DNA of 64,000 nucleotides from Limnochordia bacterium. Its GTDB lineage: Bacteria > Bacillota > Limnochordia > DTU080 > RSA5. The translations under genes were made by a program, and so were the position numbers. The stretch covers positions 111,700 through 175,699 of the forward strand of contig JAWLDA010000001.1 in NCBI GenBank assembly GCA_041686855.1, written 5' to 3'. Under the pieces are notes generated by a model. That model did no database searches. It saw only the letters and a program-made list of their open reading frames with translations, and was not told where the DNA came from. Shown one piece after another: positions 19,779 to 29,496 of the stretch. Each line of letters starts with the position of its first letter. Position 1 is the first letter of the stretch.

Positions 19779-19816
19779 GCCGAGGTCCACTCCCTTTAGG
19801 GAGTAAACCTCGGCCT
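19779..19816. terminator. bidirectional hairpin between convergent genes (GGCCGAGGT-N20-ACCTCGGCC)
   Basis: Perfect 9-bp stem with an internal sub-stem. Sits between the 19768 stop (+) and the 19831 stop (-). Confidence 0.5.
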
Positions 19817-19830
19817 CTGAAGTGTGTCCA

Positions 19831-20844
19831 TTACACGGCGATGCGCGTATTGCGTTCGGCCGACTCGTACATGGCTAGGACAACGCGCAGCGATTCGGTC
19901 CCATCTTCAGCGCTGATGGGGACAGGGGTGTCGTCTTGGATGCTCCCTAAGAACGCTCGGATCTCGTTGTCAAACGCGGTCGGAGGACGCTTGACGGCCT
20001 CGACGTTCCATTCGCCGTCCTCAGAGCACCAGCGCACCTCTTTCCACGTATCGACGACGAGACTCCCCTTCGTTCCCAGAAACTCCGCCACACACCGGCC
20101 GGTTGCCTTGGGAACGGTTCTATTCAAGTAGATCTGTGCTGTGGGAGCTGTACCATGAGGCGCACTTGCGTCGCCAAAGTGGACGTTTGCAACCGCAGCG
20201 TCTTCGACATCGGCTCCCGGCACAACGGTCCACATCCGGGCGTCGACGTCGGTCGCGTTCAATCCGAGCCAATATCGAAGCCGGTCGACGGCGTGGACGC
20301 CGTTATCCATCACCACACCTCCGCCGGCGACGGCCTTTTTGAATCGCCATGGCAAGGGGGCGTTGGGTTCGCGTTTTGCTGTCGAAAGGATTTCGTCGCG
20401 GGCCATCACGATCTCGCCAATCTCACCGGACGCGATGATCTCTCGGGCTCGTTGGTTTGTCGACCAAAACCGGTGGCTGTGGGCCACCATGGCTTTGAGT
20501 CCGCCAGACGTGGCAGTGGAACTCATGATCCGCTGCGCGTCCGCGAGCGTGGTGCAGACGGGTTTCTCGATAAGTACGTGCTTGCCCGCCTCGAGCACCT
20601 CGATCGCCAGATCGGCGTGACTGGTCGGAGGGGTACACACGCTCACGGCTTGGATGTTTGGGTCGTTTAGGAGCGACTCGACGTCCATGGCCTTTACGTT
20701 ATATCGGCCGGCGGCGCTCTCGGCGGCCGCCGGATTGAGATCTGCAAAGCCTACGATTTGAGCGAGGTCGCAATCGGCATACGCTTTTGCATGCGCCCCG
20801 GCAATGCCACCCGCGCCGATGATTCCAATTCCCAACTTAGCCAT
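19831..20844 (-). CDS. Gfo/Idh/MocA family oxidoreductase
   Basis: MAKLGIGIIGAGGIAGAHAKAY Rossmann motif. EKP motif. Start at Met16 with GGAGGG 8 bp upstream. Confidence 0.85.
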   Translation of the reverse strand: MAKLGIGIIGAGGIAGAHAKAYADCDLAQIVGFADLNPAAAESAAGRYNVKAMDVESLLNDPNIQAVSVCTPPTSHADLAIEVLEAGKHVLIEKPVCTTLADAQRIMSSTATSGGLKAMVAHSHRFWSTNQRAREIIASGEIGEIVMARDEILSTAKREPNAPLPWRFKKAVAGGGVVMDNGVHAVDRLRYWLGLNATDVDARMWTVVPGADVEDAAVANVHFGDASAPHGTAPTAQIYLNRTVPKATGRCVAEFLGTKGSLVVDTWKEVRWCSEDGEWNVEAVKRPPTAFDNEIRAFLGSIQDDTPVPISAEDGTESLRVVLAMYESAERNTRIAV

Positions 20845-20899
20845 TGCTAAACCCTCCATGCAGTAGTCGGTTTCAACGAACTCGGCCAATCACCCGCAA

Positions 20900-22153
20900 T
20901 TAATGCGGCAGGAGTGCCGAGGCCCGCCGTGCGGCTTCTTCGACCGCAGAGCGGACGGATGTCTCGCCGCGCCACACTTTGCTGATCTCCTGGTTCAACA
21001 CTGCATTTGCGTCGTTCCACCAGGTTGTGACAGGCAGATACCGTCCGGTTCCAAGCGCTGCGCCGATTTGTAGATTGTCTTCGCGGGAGAGGAAGGGCGC
21101 TCCGTTGTCGAGGAATTCGTCGAGCTGTGCTGCTCGGCGGTTAAGCGGCACTCCGGCCTGCTGCACCGCGTTGAGGCGTATGCGCCACCCCTCTTCGCCA
21201 AAGGCCCATGTGGCAAACTTAAACGCTTCCTCGGGATGCGCCGAGTTTTTGGGAATAGCGACAGCGTTGCCACCGAGCTGTCCAATAGAACCCGCCGGCC
21301 CATTTGGGAGCGGCGCCATGCCCCAGTCGAACGGGACTTCCCTCATGGTGAACCAAAAGGAGCGGTTGAGGCGTGTCATGACGGTCTGGCCGTTTTGAAA
21401 GCCTGGCGCAGGTCCTGGGCCGCCGGTGCCAGGTGCCGGTTCGACGCCTTCGGTGACAAACCGTTCGAGAAACTCCAGACCTTCGACGGACTCACTCGAG
21501 GTGAGCTCGATCGATCTGTAATCCTGCGAGACGATTTCTCCACCAAAACTCCATACGACGGAGGGCCAGATAGGAGTCATGCTGAGGACGCCCCAACGGT
21601 TGACCGAACCGTCGCCACCAGTTTTTACTCCCCGTTTGCCGATGTCGAGCATGTCGGTATACGTCCAGTCGGCAGTGGGCGCGGGAATGCCAATCTCGTC
21701 TAGAGCGTTTTTATTATAGAGGATTGAAGGCGCGCCGCCCTCTCGAGGGACGCCGAAGATTCCTTCGTCATGGCTCAGGGCTTCGATGGCAGGAGGGAAG
21801 AACTCGTCGGATTTGCCGGACCGTTCATAATAAGGTGAGAGGTCGACCAGGGCGCCCGTCTCGGCCATTGACACGATGGTCCAAAATGAAGTCTCGAAGA
21901 GATCGAGTTGTGTACCCGATGCCAACATCACTTGCGCAGCCGGAACCTCTGGCGTTTTGTGAATGTACTCAATCTCTACTTGGGGATTGAGTTTCATATA
22001 CTCTGCGGCAAGGGTCTTGTGGGCGTGCTCAACTGTTTCGTTTCCGTTTCCCATCCACACCAGCTTGATGTTTTGGGCGCCCGCAAGGGCCGAGAGGATT
22101 ACGACGATGCAGGAAACTAAGAGCAAGTCAAACCCTAAGTGACGCATCTTCAT
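20900..22153 (-). CDS. ABC transporter substrate-binding protein (carbohydrate), orphan
   Basis: Signal peptide MKMRHLGFDLLLVSCIVVILSALAGAQN. AAGGGAG 7 bp before ATG. 20 bp downstream of the ROK regulator gene. Confidence 0.85.
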   Translation of the reverse strand: MKMRHLGFDLLLVSCIVVILSALAGAQNIKLVWMGNGNETVEHAHKTLAAEYMKLNPQVEIEYIHKTPEVPAAQVMLASGTQLDLFETSFWTIVSMAETGALVDLSPYYERSGKSDEFFPPAIEALSHDEGIFGVPREGGAPSILYNKNALDEIGIPAPTADWTYTDMLDIGKRGVKTGGDGSVNRWGVLSMTPIWPSVVWSFGGEIVSQDYRSIELTSSESVEGLEFLERFVTEGVEPAPGTGGPGPAPGFQNGQTVMTRLNRSFWFTMREVPFDWGMAPLPNGPAGSIGQLGGNAVAIPKNSAHPEEAFKFATWAFGEEGWRIRLNAVQQAGVPLNRRAAQLDEFLDNGAPFLSREDNLQIGAALGTGRYLPVTTWWNDANAVLNQEISKVWRGETSVRSAVEEAARRASALLPH

Positions 22154-22173
22154 TGGAATCTCCCTTTCGTTGG

Positions 22174-23331
22174 TTAGGCTGCGTTTGGATTGTAAATCCA
22201 CGATTGTAGACATACGGCGCCAATGCCGGCGATGCTCTCCCAACCAACGAAGGAGGAGCGACTTACGTGCGGTCGCGCTCCCGTCGCAGTCGAAAGCCCG
22301 TTTGAGAGTATATGGAACGCTCGCTTGCTCTTGTCAATGAGAGGGCCGGTGAGAATGACACTCGATGGCGCTGTCAGACGCACAAGCGTCTCCAAAACGT
22401 CTCGAATGTACTGAATGCGCTCAATGAGGAGTTCTGAGACCTCGCTCTCTCCGTTATCGAAATTGCGCAAGAGTGCATTCCACGCTAGGGATCCAAAACG
22501 TCCAAAAGCAGCTTCTTGGATGGCCGGAATCGAAGCGAGCGACTCGAGGCAGCCGCGGCGGCCACACCGACAGAGATGGGTGGCGTGGGGAACACGAGTG
22601 TGTCCGATTTCGCCCGCTGCGCCTTGATGACCGGCCAGGACTTGGCCCCCTAGCACAAGGGCTGCGCCAATTCCCGTTGAGACTCTCAAGAGAAGGAGTA
22701 ACCCCGCTGCGCGTGGTTTGCCGAAGAGGTACTCACTGATGGCCATGGCGGGCACTTTGGAGCTGACCACCGTCGGAACGCCTAGCCTCTCCTCCAGTTG
22801 TTCTTTGAGGCGAATGTTTCTCCAACCGAGAATGTCGCTGGAGAGAAGTAACTCTTGGTTAGGATCGTAGATGCCGGGTAAGGCAACCCCGACCCCCAAC
22901 AGTCGACGTTGTTGGTTTGGGGTCAAGCGATCGAGGCATTCTCCAATAAAATCGGCCACGTCGACCGGTGCATACCCACGTGACGTAGGCGCACTCCATT
23001 GGGAGAGAAGCTCGTTTTTTAGGCCGAGCAGTCCGGCCTCTATGGTGTCATCGCTAAGGGAGACTCCGAGTGTTAGTCGGGCTTCTGGACGGATTTCGAG
23101 CAGGGTTGGCCTAGGTCCTGAAATTCCCGCCGGCACGGATTCACTCCCTCCTTCGTGTAGGAGGCCGTTGCGAATCAGCTCGGTGACGGCGACGCTTACC
23201 GTCGCTTTCGTCAGGCCGGTCACGGCCGCGAGATCTTTGCGTGTGACGGCTTCGCCCCTAAGGATGAGTCGCATGATGGCGGCTCGATTCTGTAACTTCA
23301 CGGTTTGACTATTGCTGCCGGACGCAACCAT
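22174..23331 (-). CDS. ROK family transcriptional regulator (NagC/XylR-like)
   Basis: N-terminal wHTH (RKDLAAVTGLTKATVSVAVTELI). ROK signature and zinc motif (GEIGHTRVPHATHLCRCGRRGCLE). Confidence 0.85.
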   Translation of the reverse strand: MVASGSNSQTVKLQNRAAIMRLILRGEAVTRKDLAAVTGLTKATVSVAVTELIRNGLLHEGGSESVPAGISGPRPTLLEIRPEARLTLGVSLSDDTIEAGLLGLKNELLSQWSAPTSRGYAPVDVADFIGECLDRLTPNQQRRLLGVGVALPGIYDPNQELLLSSDILGWRNIRLKEQLEERLGVPTVVSSKVPAMAISEYLFGKPRAAGLLLLLRVSTGIGAALVLGGQVLAGHQGAAGEIGHTRVPHATHLCRCGRRGCLESLASIPAIQEAAFGRFGSLAWNALLRNFDNGESEVSELLIERIQYIRDVLETLVRLTAPSSVILTGPLIDKSKRAFHILSNGLSTATGARPHVSRSSFVGWESIAGIGAVCLQSWIYNPNAA

Positions 23332-23343
23332 GTCTCCGGCTCC

Positions 23344-24228
23344 CTAGGAGGCCTCTGTGGCGTCGGTATTCCTATTGGTCGGTGAGAGGGGGGGAAACGA
23401 GCGCAAGAACCGGGCACCCTTCTTCACATCTTCGATCGGGTTGTCGGCCTTCTCACGCTCAATAGCCACGTCACCCACGAATCCCTGGGCGCGTAAAAGT
23501 TCAAAGAGACGCTGCCAGCGGACCCAACCTTCGCCCAGGGGTGTCTCTGTCGCCGTGCCCTCAGGAGCGACCCGAGCATCCTTCGCGTGCACGTGGACGA
23601 TGTGCGGACCCAAAATCTTTACCCCTTCGGTGGGCATGAACTCCTCAATCGCCTGCAATGTATCGTAGCCAGTGTTCTCTTTGGCGGCCATGAGGGCCGG
23701 CCACAGAATGAAATTGGCTGGGTCATAGTTTACCTTTAGGCCTGGAGAGCCAACTTGGTCGATGAAGTCAAGAAGAACCAATGGCGGCTCCGGACCGGTC
23801 TCAACAGCAAGGTAGACGCCGTGATCGTAGGCGATGTCAGCTGCCGCACCGACGGTGCGCAGCATCTCGAGGCGCTCGGTGTCCCGGGGGGATTCCGGAA
23901 TCTGGCCGATGTGCGATTGCCAGACGTGCGTGTCCAGATCTGCAGCCAGCTGAGCGACTTGGCGCACCCGTTGGAGCAGATCGGACCGCGCATCCGGATG
24001 GTGGTAGGGGAAGTTGCGACCGCCAGCCGCGACTCCAGAGACACGGAGGTTGTGACGTTTAACCTCGTCGAGCAACCTCTTACGCTGATCCTTGGTGAGG
24101 CTCGTGGCTTCCCAGGGCCCGGCGCCGACCGGGAGTTGCACGGCGTCGAAGCCTAGCTCCGCCGCCTTTGCAATGCTTTCATGTGGGGGAAGTTTAAGGT
24201 GAGACGACAAAAAGATCGAGAGTTTCAA
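23344..24228 (-). CDS. sugar phosphate isomerase/epimerase (xylose-isomerase-like TIM barrel)
   Basis: Family pattern AAELGFDAVQL...HVHAKD...E.E; typical length of 294 aa. Confidence 0.85.
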   Translation of the reverse strand: MKLSIFLSSHLKLPPHESIAKAAELGFDAVQLPVGAGPWEATSLTKDQRKRLLDEVKRHNLRVSGVAAGGRNFPYHHPDARSDLLQRVRQVAQLAADLDTHVWQSHIGQIPESPRDTERLEMLRTVGAAADIAYDHGVYLAVETGPEPPLVLLDFIDQVGSPGLKVNYDPANFILWPALMAAKENTGYDTLQAIEEFMPTEGVKILGPHIVHVHAKDARVAPEGTATETPLGEGWVRWQRLFELLRAQGFVGDVAIEREKADNPIEDVKKGARFLRSFPPLSPTNRNTDATEAS

Positions 24229-24311
24229 TAGCTGCGCCCCTTCGAACCTATTGCGGTTTAATAAATAGTTAAGTGATCTAACCGTTTCGAGCCAAATTCA
24301 TCGGTATTCGG

Positions 24312-24647
24312 CTAATTCCTTTGATTGCTGCTGAATTTAAAACGCGTCACCGGCTGACGAACGAAACTCGGTAGGTCCGTCTCAAACGGCGTCGTGGGTA
24401 CAGCGAACGTGTCGTCGCACTCGTTTAACTTACCCTGCCAAGCAGTGCTGGTCGCGACTTGCTCGCCGTTTACGTACATCGTGATCGTGGTGCCGTCAAA
24501 CGTCATCGCCACATGCGTCCACTCGTTGGCGTTCACCGTCGCGGCGCTATCAACCCATGACCAAGAATTGAAGGCGCACGAATGCGGATCCTTTCTGATT
24601 TGAGGGAACACTGTGACACCTCTGGGTTTCCTAGCTACAGCGTACAT
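24312..24647 (-). CDS. short LamG/concanavalin-like domain fragment (possible gene remnant)
   Basis: WTHVAMTFDGTTITMYVNGEQV motif. Sits in an AT-rich spacer. The long ORF N-terminus overlaps the Gfo gene on the opposite strand, so start is taken at the internal Met with GAGGAA upstream. Confidence 0.35.
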   Translation of the reverse strand: MYAVARKPRGVTVFPQIRKDPHSCAFNSWSWVDSAATVNANEWTHVAMTFDGTTITMYVNGEQVATSTAWQGKLNECDDTFAVPTTPFETDLPSFVRQPVTRFKFSSNQRN

Positions 24648-24824
24648 ACAAACGTTCCTCTGATTTTGACAGACTGATTTCTCCTGGGGCGTTACCTTGG
24701 CGCCAATCGATGCGGAGAAGAGAGGAGTGCAGGCAAAGCGTGACAAGACAGAGAATGGACCGCAAGTGAAATATTGATTATTATCTTGTAAATCTCTTTC
24801 TTTTGTGATTAGGAGGATTGGCAG

Positions 24825-25994
24825 ATGATTCGACTCGGAGTAATCGGATACGGGGGGCGTATTCGAGGAGTCTTGCGCGAGATTGCTGTGCATGGGCGTT
24901 CGGAGCTCGTGGCGATTGCGGATCTCAAAGCCGAGGAGATTCGCAAGCAAGAAGGCGAGGCACTCGAAGGTGTGCAGTTCTTCACGGACGCCGACGAGAT
25001 GTTGCACACTATGGAGCTCGACGGAGTACTGGTCGGCACGCGCTGTTCACTCCATTCGCAAATGGGCGCAAGAGTCGCCAAGCGGAATATCCCCCTCTTT
25101 CTGGAAAAACCGGTCGCCACGTGCTCGGAAGATGTCGAGCGCTTGTGCAACGCTTGGGCGGAATCGACGTCGCCGGTAGTGGTCTCATTCCCCCTGCGAG
25201 TGAGCCTCACCGTCGAACGCGTGAAGGAGATTATCGACTCGGGTGCGATCGGGAGCGTCGAGCAGGTACAGGCGGTGAACAACGTTCCCTACGGCGACGT
25301 CTATTTTCACAATTGGTATCGCGATCACAACGAGACAGGGGGCCTGTGGCTGCAGAAGGCTACTCACGATTTCGATTACATCTCATATTTGCTCGAAAGT
25401 CGGCCGAGGTGGGTCGCGGCAATGAAATCTCAGCGCGTTTACGGTGGCGAGATGCCGGCGGGGCTGCGTTGTGTGGACTGCGACAAACAAGAAGAGTGCA
25501 TCGAAAGTCCCCAAAACCTTTTCTACCGTCGTCATGCTCGTAAAAGTCCGTTTGACGATCAGCGCATGTGCCTCTTTGGCGAGGAGATTGAGAATGAGGA
25601 TAATGCGAGCGCCTTGCTTGAGTATGAGAGCGGTGTCCAAGTGTCGTACAGTCACAACTTCTTTGCTCGCAATACCGCCGCAGCTCGGGGGGCGCGCCTC
25701 CTCGGCTACGAGGGGACCATCGACTTCGACTGGTACCGAGGGGATATCATTGTTCACTACCACCACACGCCGCGTACTGAACGGATTGAGTTCGACACGT
25801 CCAAGGCAAGCCACTTCGGTGGTGATCGTGTCTTAGCCCGCAACTTCCTGGACGTGATCGAAGGTAAGGCCGAGTCGCTTACACCATTGCGCGCGGGAAT
25901 CGAAAGCGCCGTCTCGTGTATGGCAGCGCGGGAAGCCTCGGAGAACCGGCGTTTCACTGAGGTGGCATTCCCTGCGTCCATGCCGGCCGTGTAG
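24825..25994 (+). CDS. Gfo/Idh/MocA family oxidoreductase (with Cys-rich insertion CVDCDKQEEC)
   Basis: MIRLGVIGYGGRIRG Rossmann motif. LEKPVA motif. GGAGG 9 bp before ATG. Confidence 0.85.
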   Translation: MIRLGVIGYGGRIRGVLREIAVHGRSELVAIADLKAEEIRKQEGEALEGVQFFTDADEMLHTMELDGVLVGTRCSLHSQMGARVAKRNIPLFLEKPVATCSEDVERLCNAWAESTSPVVVSFPLRVSLTVERVKEIIDSGAIGSVEQVQAVNNVPYGDVYFHNWYRDHNETGGLWLQKATHDFDYISYLLESRPRWVAAMKSQRVYGGEMPAGLRCVDCDKQEECIESPQNLFYRRHARKSPFDDQRMCLFGEEIENEDNASALLEYESGVQVSYSHNFFARNTAAARGARLLGYEGTIDFDWYRGDIIVHYHHTPRTERIEFDTSKASHFGGDRVLARNFLDVIEGKAESLTPLRAGIESAVSCMAAREASENRRFTEVAFPASMPAV

Positions 25995-26152
25995 TGTTGG
26001 CCTGAACGTACTGGGTTGTCTCCTGCCCTTGCCCGAAACGTTGCCGGCGAAAGAGTGCGATATTTCTTTCTGCTATAGGAAGGATTATCTCTCTAAAGGA
26101 GCAATCAAGAAGAGTATTAACGTTCATATTTCTGCTGGAGCTTTATGACCTT

Positions 26153-27154
26153 ATGAAACAGGTTACCTTGCGTGATATTGCTAGTCAGGTAGGCGTCTCG
26201 ACGAACACGGTCTCGTTAGCGCTTAAGAATAGTGATCGGGTGGCGCTCGAAACGCGACAAAAGATACTGCTGTGCGCACGCGAATTGGGTTACGTACCGA
26301 ATGCCGCTGCTCAGACACTCGTTACTAAACGAAGTGGGTTGATTGGCGTCGCGTTGGGCAATCGGAGCGACTTCCGCGATGATATGTTCCTGGGGATGGT
26401 AGAGCGGGCTCGTCACTATTCGTACGACGTGGTGGTCAGTTCCGAGCCGGATGACCCAGCACAAATCGTCCATGCATTTCAAAGGAGACATACTGAAGGG
26501 GTTGTCCTGCTCCTGGGGGAGGATCGAGCGGCGATGTTGGGAGAGTATTTACAGGCGTCGGGCCATCCTCATGTTTTTGTTCTGGGAGAGAGACCGCGGC
26601 GCAGCGTGAGTGGCCCATCGGTCGCCGTCGACAATTACATGGGAGCGTATCAGGCGGTTGCCTATCTGATCACCAACGGGCATCGCAACATTGGTTACCT
26701 CTCAGGCTCTGCCGGCGTTTCTACGGGAAAAACCCAGGGCGTTCGTCAGGCGTTGGCAGACCATGGTCTCACTTTGCGGGAGGAGTGGATCTTTGGCAGT
26801 GAGCACTCAGTTTCCGGAGGCCGTGATGCTGCAAATGCGTTCTTGGCTTTACCGTTGACTCACAGACCGACCGCGGTATTTGCCCGAACGGACCACCTTG
26901 CGTTGGGGTTTATCGCGGTAATAGCCCGGAGCGGTATGCGAGTGCCCCAAGATCTCAGTGTAATTGGATATGACGGAATTGAAGCAGGCCAAGTTATGAC
27001 ACCCTCCTTAACGTCGATGGTTTACCCTGCACGTGAGATTGGGGCGCGAGCGATGGACACCCTTCACGGGATCATAGAAGGGGAACCGGAGTCGTCGAGT
27101 TTATTGATTGCACCTTCGTTGCGCAGAGGTGGAACGGTTTTGCCAAAATGTTGA
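26153..27154 (+). CDS. LacI family transcriptional regulator
   Basis: N-terminal HTH VTLRDIASQVGVSTNTVSLALKN. Periplasmic-binding-protein-like effector domain. Confidence 0.9.
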   Translation: MKQVTLRDIASQVGVSTNTVSLALKNSDRVALETRQKILLCARELGYVPNAAAQTLVTKRSGLIGVALGNRSDFRDDMFLGMVERARHYSYDVVVSSEPDDPAQIVHAFQRRHTEGVVLLLGEDRAAMLGEYLQASGHPHVFVLGERPRRSVSGPSVAVDNYMGAYQAVAYLITNGHRNIGYLSGSAGVSTGKTQGVRQALADHGLTLREEWIFGSEHSVSGGRDAANAFLALPLTHRPTAVFARTDHLALGFIAVIARSGMRVPQDLSVIGYDGIEAGQVMTPSLTSMVYPAREIGARAMDTLHGIIEGEPESSSLLIAPSLRRGGTVLPKC

Positions 27155-27317
27155 CCGAACTGGGTAGGAAGAACATAAAGGGGGACTGTCCTTGTTGTAT
27201 TAACGTTCATATTCGGGCGCGATGTATGCAGCTCTTACGAGAGTGGAGACCGCGTTCAAATGTCGGAAAATGATGTGTGTTGCGTAAGGTGAAAATCAAT
27301 TCGAGGAGGAACCACGT

Positions 27318-28556
27318 GTGAGAGGGATCCGCATTACCTTCCTAATGTTGTTGGTTTTCGCTGTCACCGGTTCAGTGGTGTTCGCCCAGGAGAATAACGT
27401 CACCCTAAAGTTCGCCTATTGGGGCGATCAAGAGTACCACGAAGCGATTGTCGGCGCGCTTGAGGCGTTTCAAGAAGAGTACCCGCGGATCAAGGTCGAT
27501 CCTCAGTATGTGACAGGGATGGCCTTCAGTGACGCAATCCTGACGATGATCGCGGGTGGGGTTGCCCCAGACGTGATGGACATGAGCGTAGATTTGTACC
27601 CTTTGCTCGTAGAGAATGAGTCGCTGTTAGACCTGGGTGCGTACATCGATCGCGATCCTGAACTCGACCGGACGACGTGGCTACCAGGAGTCCTTGAAAT
27701 GTTTAGCGAGGGTGATAGGGTGTATGCTCTGCCTCGTTCACCAAACATGCAGCTGCTTTGGTACAACGGGAACGCTTTTGATGAAGCAGGAATAGCACGT
27801 CCCGGAAGTGGTATGACATGGGACGAATACGTCGATGCAGGGCAGCGCCTCACTCTAAGGCGAGGGGAAGATGTCGTGCGTTGGGGCGCATCACCTTATT
27901 CGTGGACATCAGCCGTCTACGAAAATGGAGGAGAAGTGATTGGAGAGGAAGGACTCGCGCTTGGAAGCGCGGCTGCCCTCGAAGCGCTTCAGTGGACGGC
28001 CGGTCACGCTCTTGAGCGACAATTCGCTCCGACTCCTTCGATGAACGTTTCGGCGACCCGGTTTATGGATGGGCACTTCGCCATGAGTGTTCAAGGATCG
28101 TGGAGGCTCGCCGCACATCTCAATATCGAGGCATTTGAGTGGGGAGCGACCGGGTTGCCGTCGGGAAAAAGGTCGGCGGCCGAGGGCTCCATTGATATGG
28201 GCGTCGTCAGCGCCTCAACGCAGCATCCCGAAGAGGCGTGGTTGCTTCTTAAGTACCTGAATGTAAAGGGCGAGAAGGTCTCAACGCTCTTTGGCGAGGC
28301 GGGGAAATTGAAGCCACCACTGACACGAGATCCAGGCGTCCACGGCGAAATCTGGGCAGCGGAGCCGCGATCCGACGTAAAACAGGTGATCACGGCGCAG
28401 GCCCAGTACATTGTTGATCCGTTTCACGGACTTTCGCGGGCCGCTGAAATTCGCTCGGCGATCAACCCGGTGATTCGAGAGATTATGGATGGTATAGTCA
28501 GCGTCGAAGCGGGCGTTGAGCGGCTCGAGCCGGTTATCAACGCCATGGTGCCCTAA
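27318..28556 (+). CDS. ABC transporter substrate-binding protein (carbohydrate), orphan
   Basis: Signal peptide MRGIRITFLMLLVFAVTGSVVFAQE. GTG start with GAGGAGG 9 bp upstream. Confidence 0.85.
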   Translation: MRGIRITFLMLLVFAVTGSVVFAQENNVTLKFAYWGDQEYHEAIVGALEAFQEEYPRIKVDPQYVTGMAFSDAILTMIAGGVAPDVMDMSVDLYPLLVENESLLDLGAYIDRDPELDRTTWLPGVLEMFSEGDRVYALPRSPNMQLLWYNGNAFDEAGIARPGSGMTWDEYVDAGQRLTLRRGEDVVRWGASPYSWTSAVYENGGEVIGEEGLALGSAAALEALQWTAGHALERQFAPTPSMNVSATRFMDGHFAMSVQGSWRLAAHLNIEAFEWGATGLPSGKRSAAEGSIDMGVVSASTQHPEEAWLLLKYLNVKGEKVSTLFGEAGKLKPPLTRDPGVHGEIWAAEPRSDVKQVITAQAQYIVDPFHGLSRAAEIRSAINPVIREIMDGIVSVEAGVERLEPVINAMVP

Positions 28557-28579
28557 GCGGGTTAGTAAATGAAGTAGTG

Positions 28580-28610
28580 GTGCAAGCGGTGGAGAATACC
28601 GCTTGCACCA
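28580..28610 (+). terminator. hairpin GGTGCAAGCGGT-N7-ACCGCTTGCACC after the SBP gene
   Basis: Perfect 12-bp inverted repeat, 23 bp after the stop codon. Confidence 0.5.
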
Positions 28611-28653
28611 ACGTATTCAATGATGAAACCACCACGGGAGGCTAAATCTTCGC

Positions 28654-29496
28654 ATGAAGTTTGCTGGACACACGATGGGGACCCCAGGGAAGTCGCTAGA
28701 GGAAGCAATGCGTATTTTTCACGAGATCGGCTTTACGGGCATCGAGATCCGTTGTGCAACAGACGGTCAGCTCGATACGGAGAGATTCTCGTTAAGTCAG
28801 GCTCCCAGCGTTCGGAAGTTGGCCCAAGAGTTCAACTTGGATATTGTCTGTTTGACACCGTACTTTCGCGATTTCATCAGTGAAACGAAGCGTGCCCGAG
28901 AGCTTGCGGCGATGCGCCACGTAATTGATATTGCACAGGCGATTGACTGCCCCAACGTGCGTGTGTACGGAGGATTGCTACCCAAAGAGTCTCAGGATGG
29001 CGCCCGCTATTGGAGTCGCACCGTCTCCGGCCTTAAAGAGATTGGGCGGTACGCCGCGACGAAAGGGATTACGCTGTGCATCGAGACACATGGCGGCTCT
29101 TTGACGATGTCGGTTGCGGACACCGTTCGCATGGTCGAAGACGTGAACCTTCCCAACGTGGGCATTCTGTTCGATTATCCCTGGGTCTCTCTAGCCGGAT
29201 TGGAAGGGGCACGAGAGGCGGTCGAAATGGGGGCGCCCTACATAAAGCATGTTCATGTAAAAGACTGGACGGTTCCAACGGAAGGGAGTCCGCGCACCAC
29301 GTTGCTCGGTGAGGGTGAGCTCGATTGGCCCACCGTGATCGCCGCACTCAAGGACGCGGGGTATACGGGCTACCTCAGCGATGAATACGAGAAGTACTGG
29401 AAGGAGTACCTCCCCGAGCCTGAGGTTGGGATGAAGAGAGATTTAGAGGTGCTTCAAGACTGGGTCACTTCGCTCGAGCAGAGGAGACTAGCGTAA
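28654..29496 (+). CDS. sugar phosphate isomerase/epimerase (xylose-isomerase-like TIM barrel)
   Basis: IGFTGIEIRC...IETHGG...HVHVKD motifs; typical length of 280 aa. Confidence 0.85.
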   Translation: MKFAGHTMGTPGKSLEEAMRIFHEIGFTGIEIRCATDGQLDTERFSLSQAPSVRKLAQEFNLDIVCLTPYFRDFISETKRARELAAMRHVIDIAQAIDCPNVRVYGGLLPKESQDGARYWSRTVSGLKEIGRYAATKGITLCIETHGGSLTMSVADTVRMVEDVNLPNVGILFDYPWVSLAGLEGAREAVEMGAPYIKHVHVKDWTVPTEGSPRTTLLGEGELDWPTVIAALKDAGYTGYLSDEYEKYWKEYLPEPEVGMKRDLEVLQDWVTSLEQRRLA

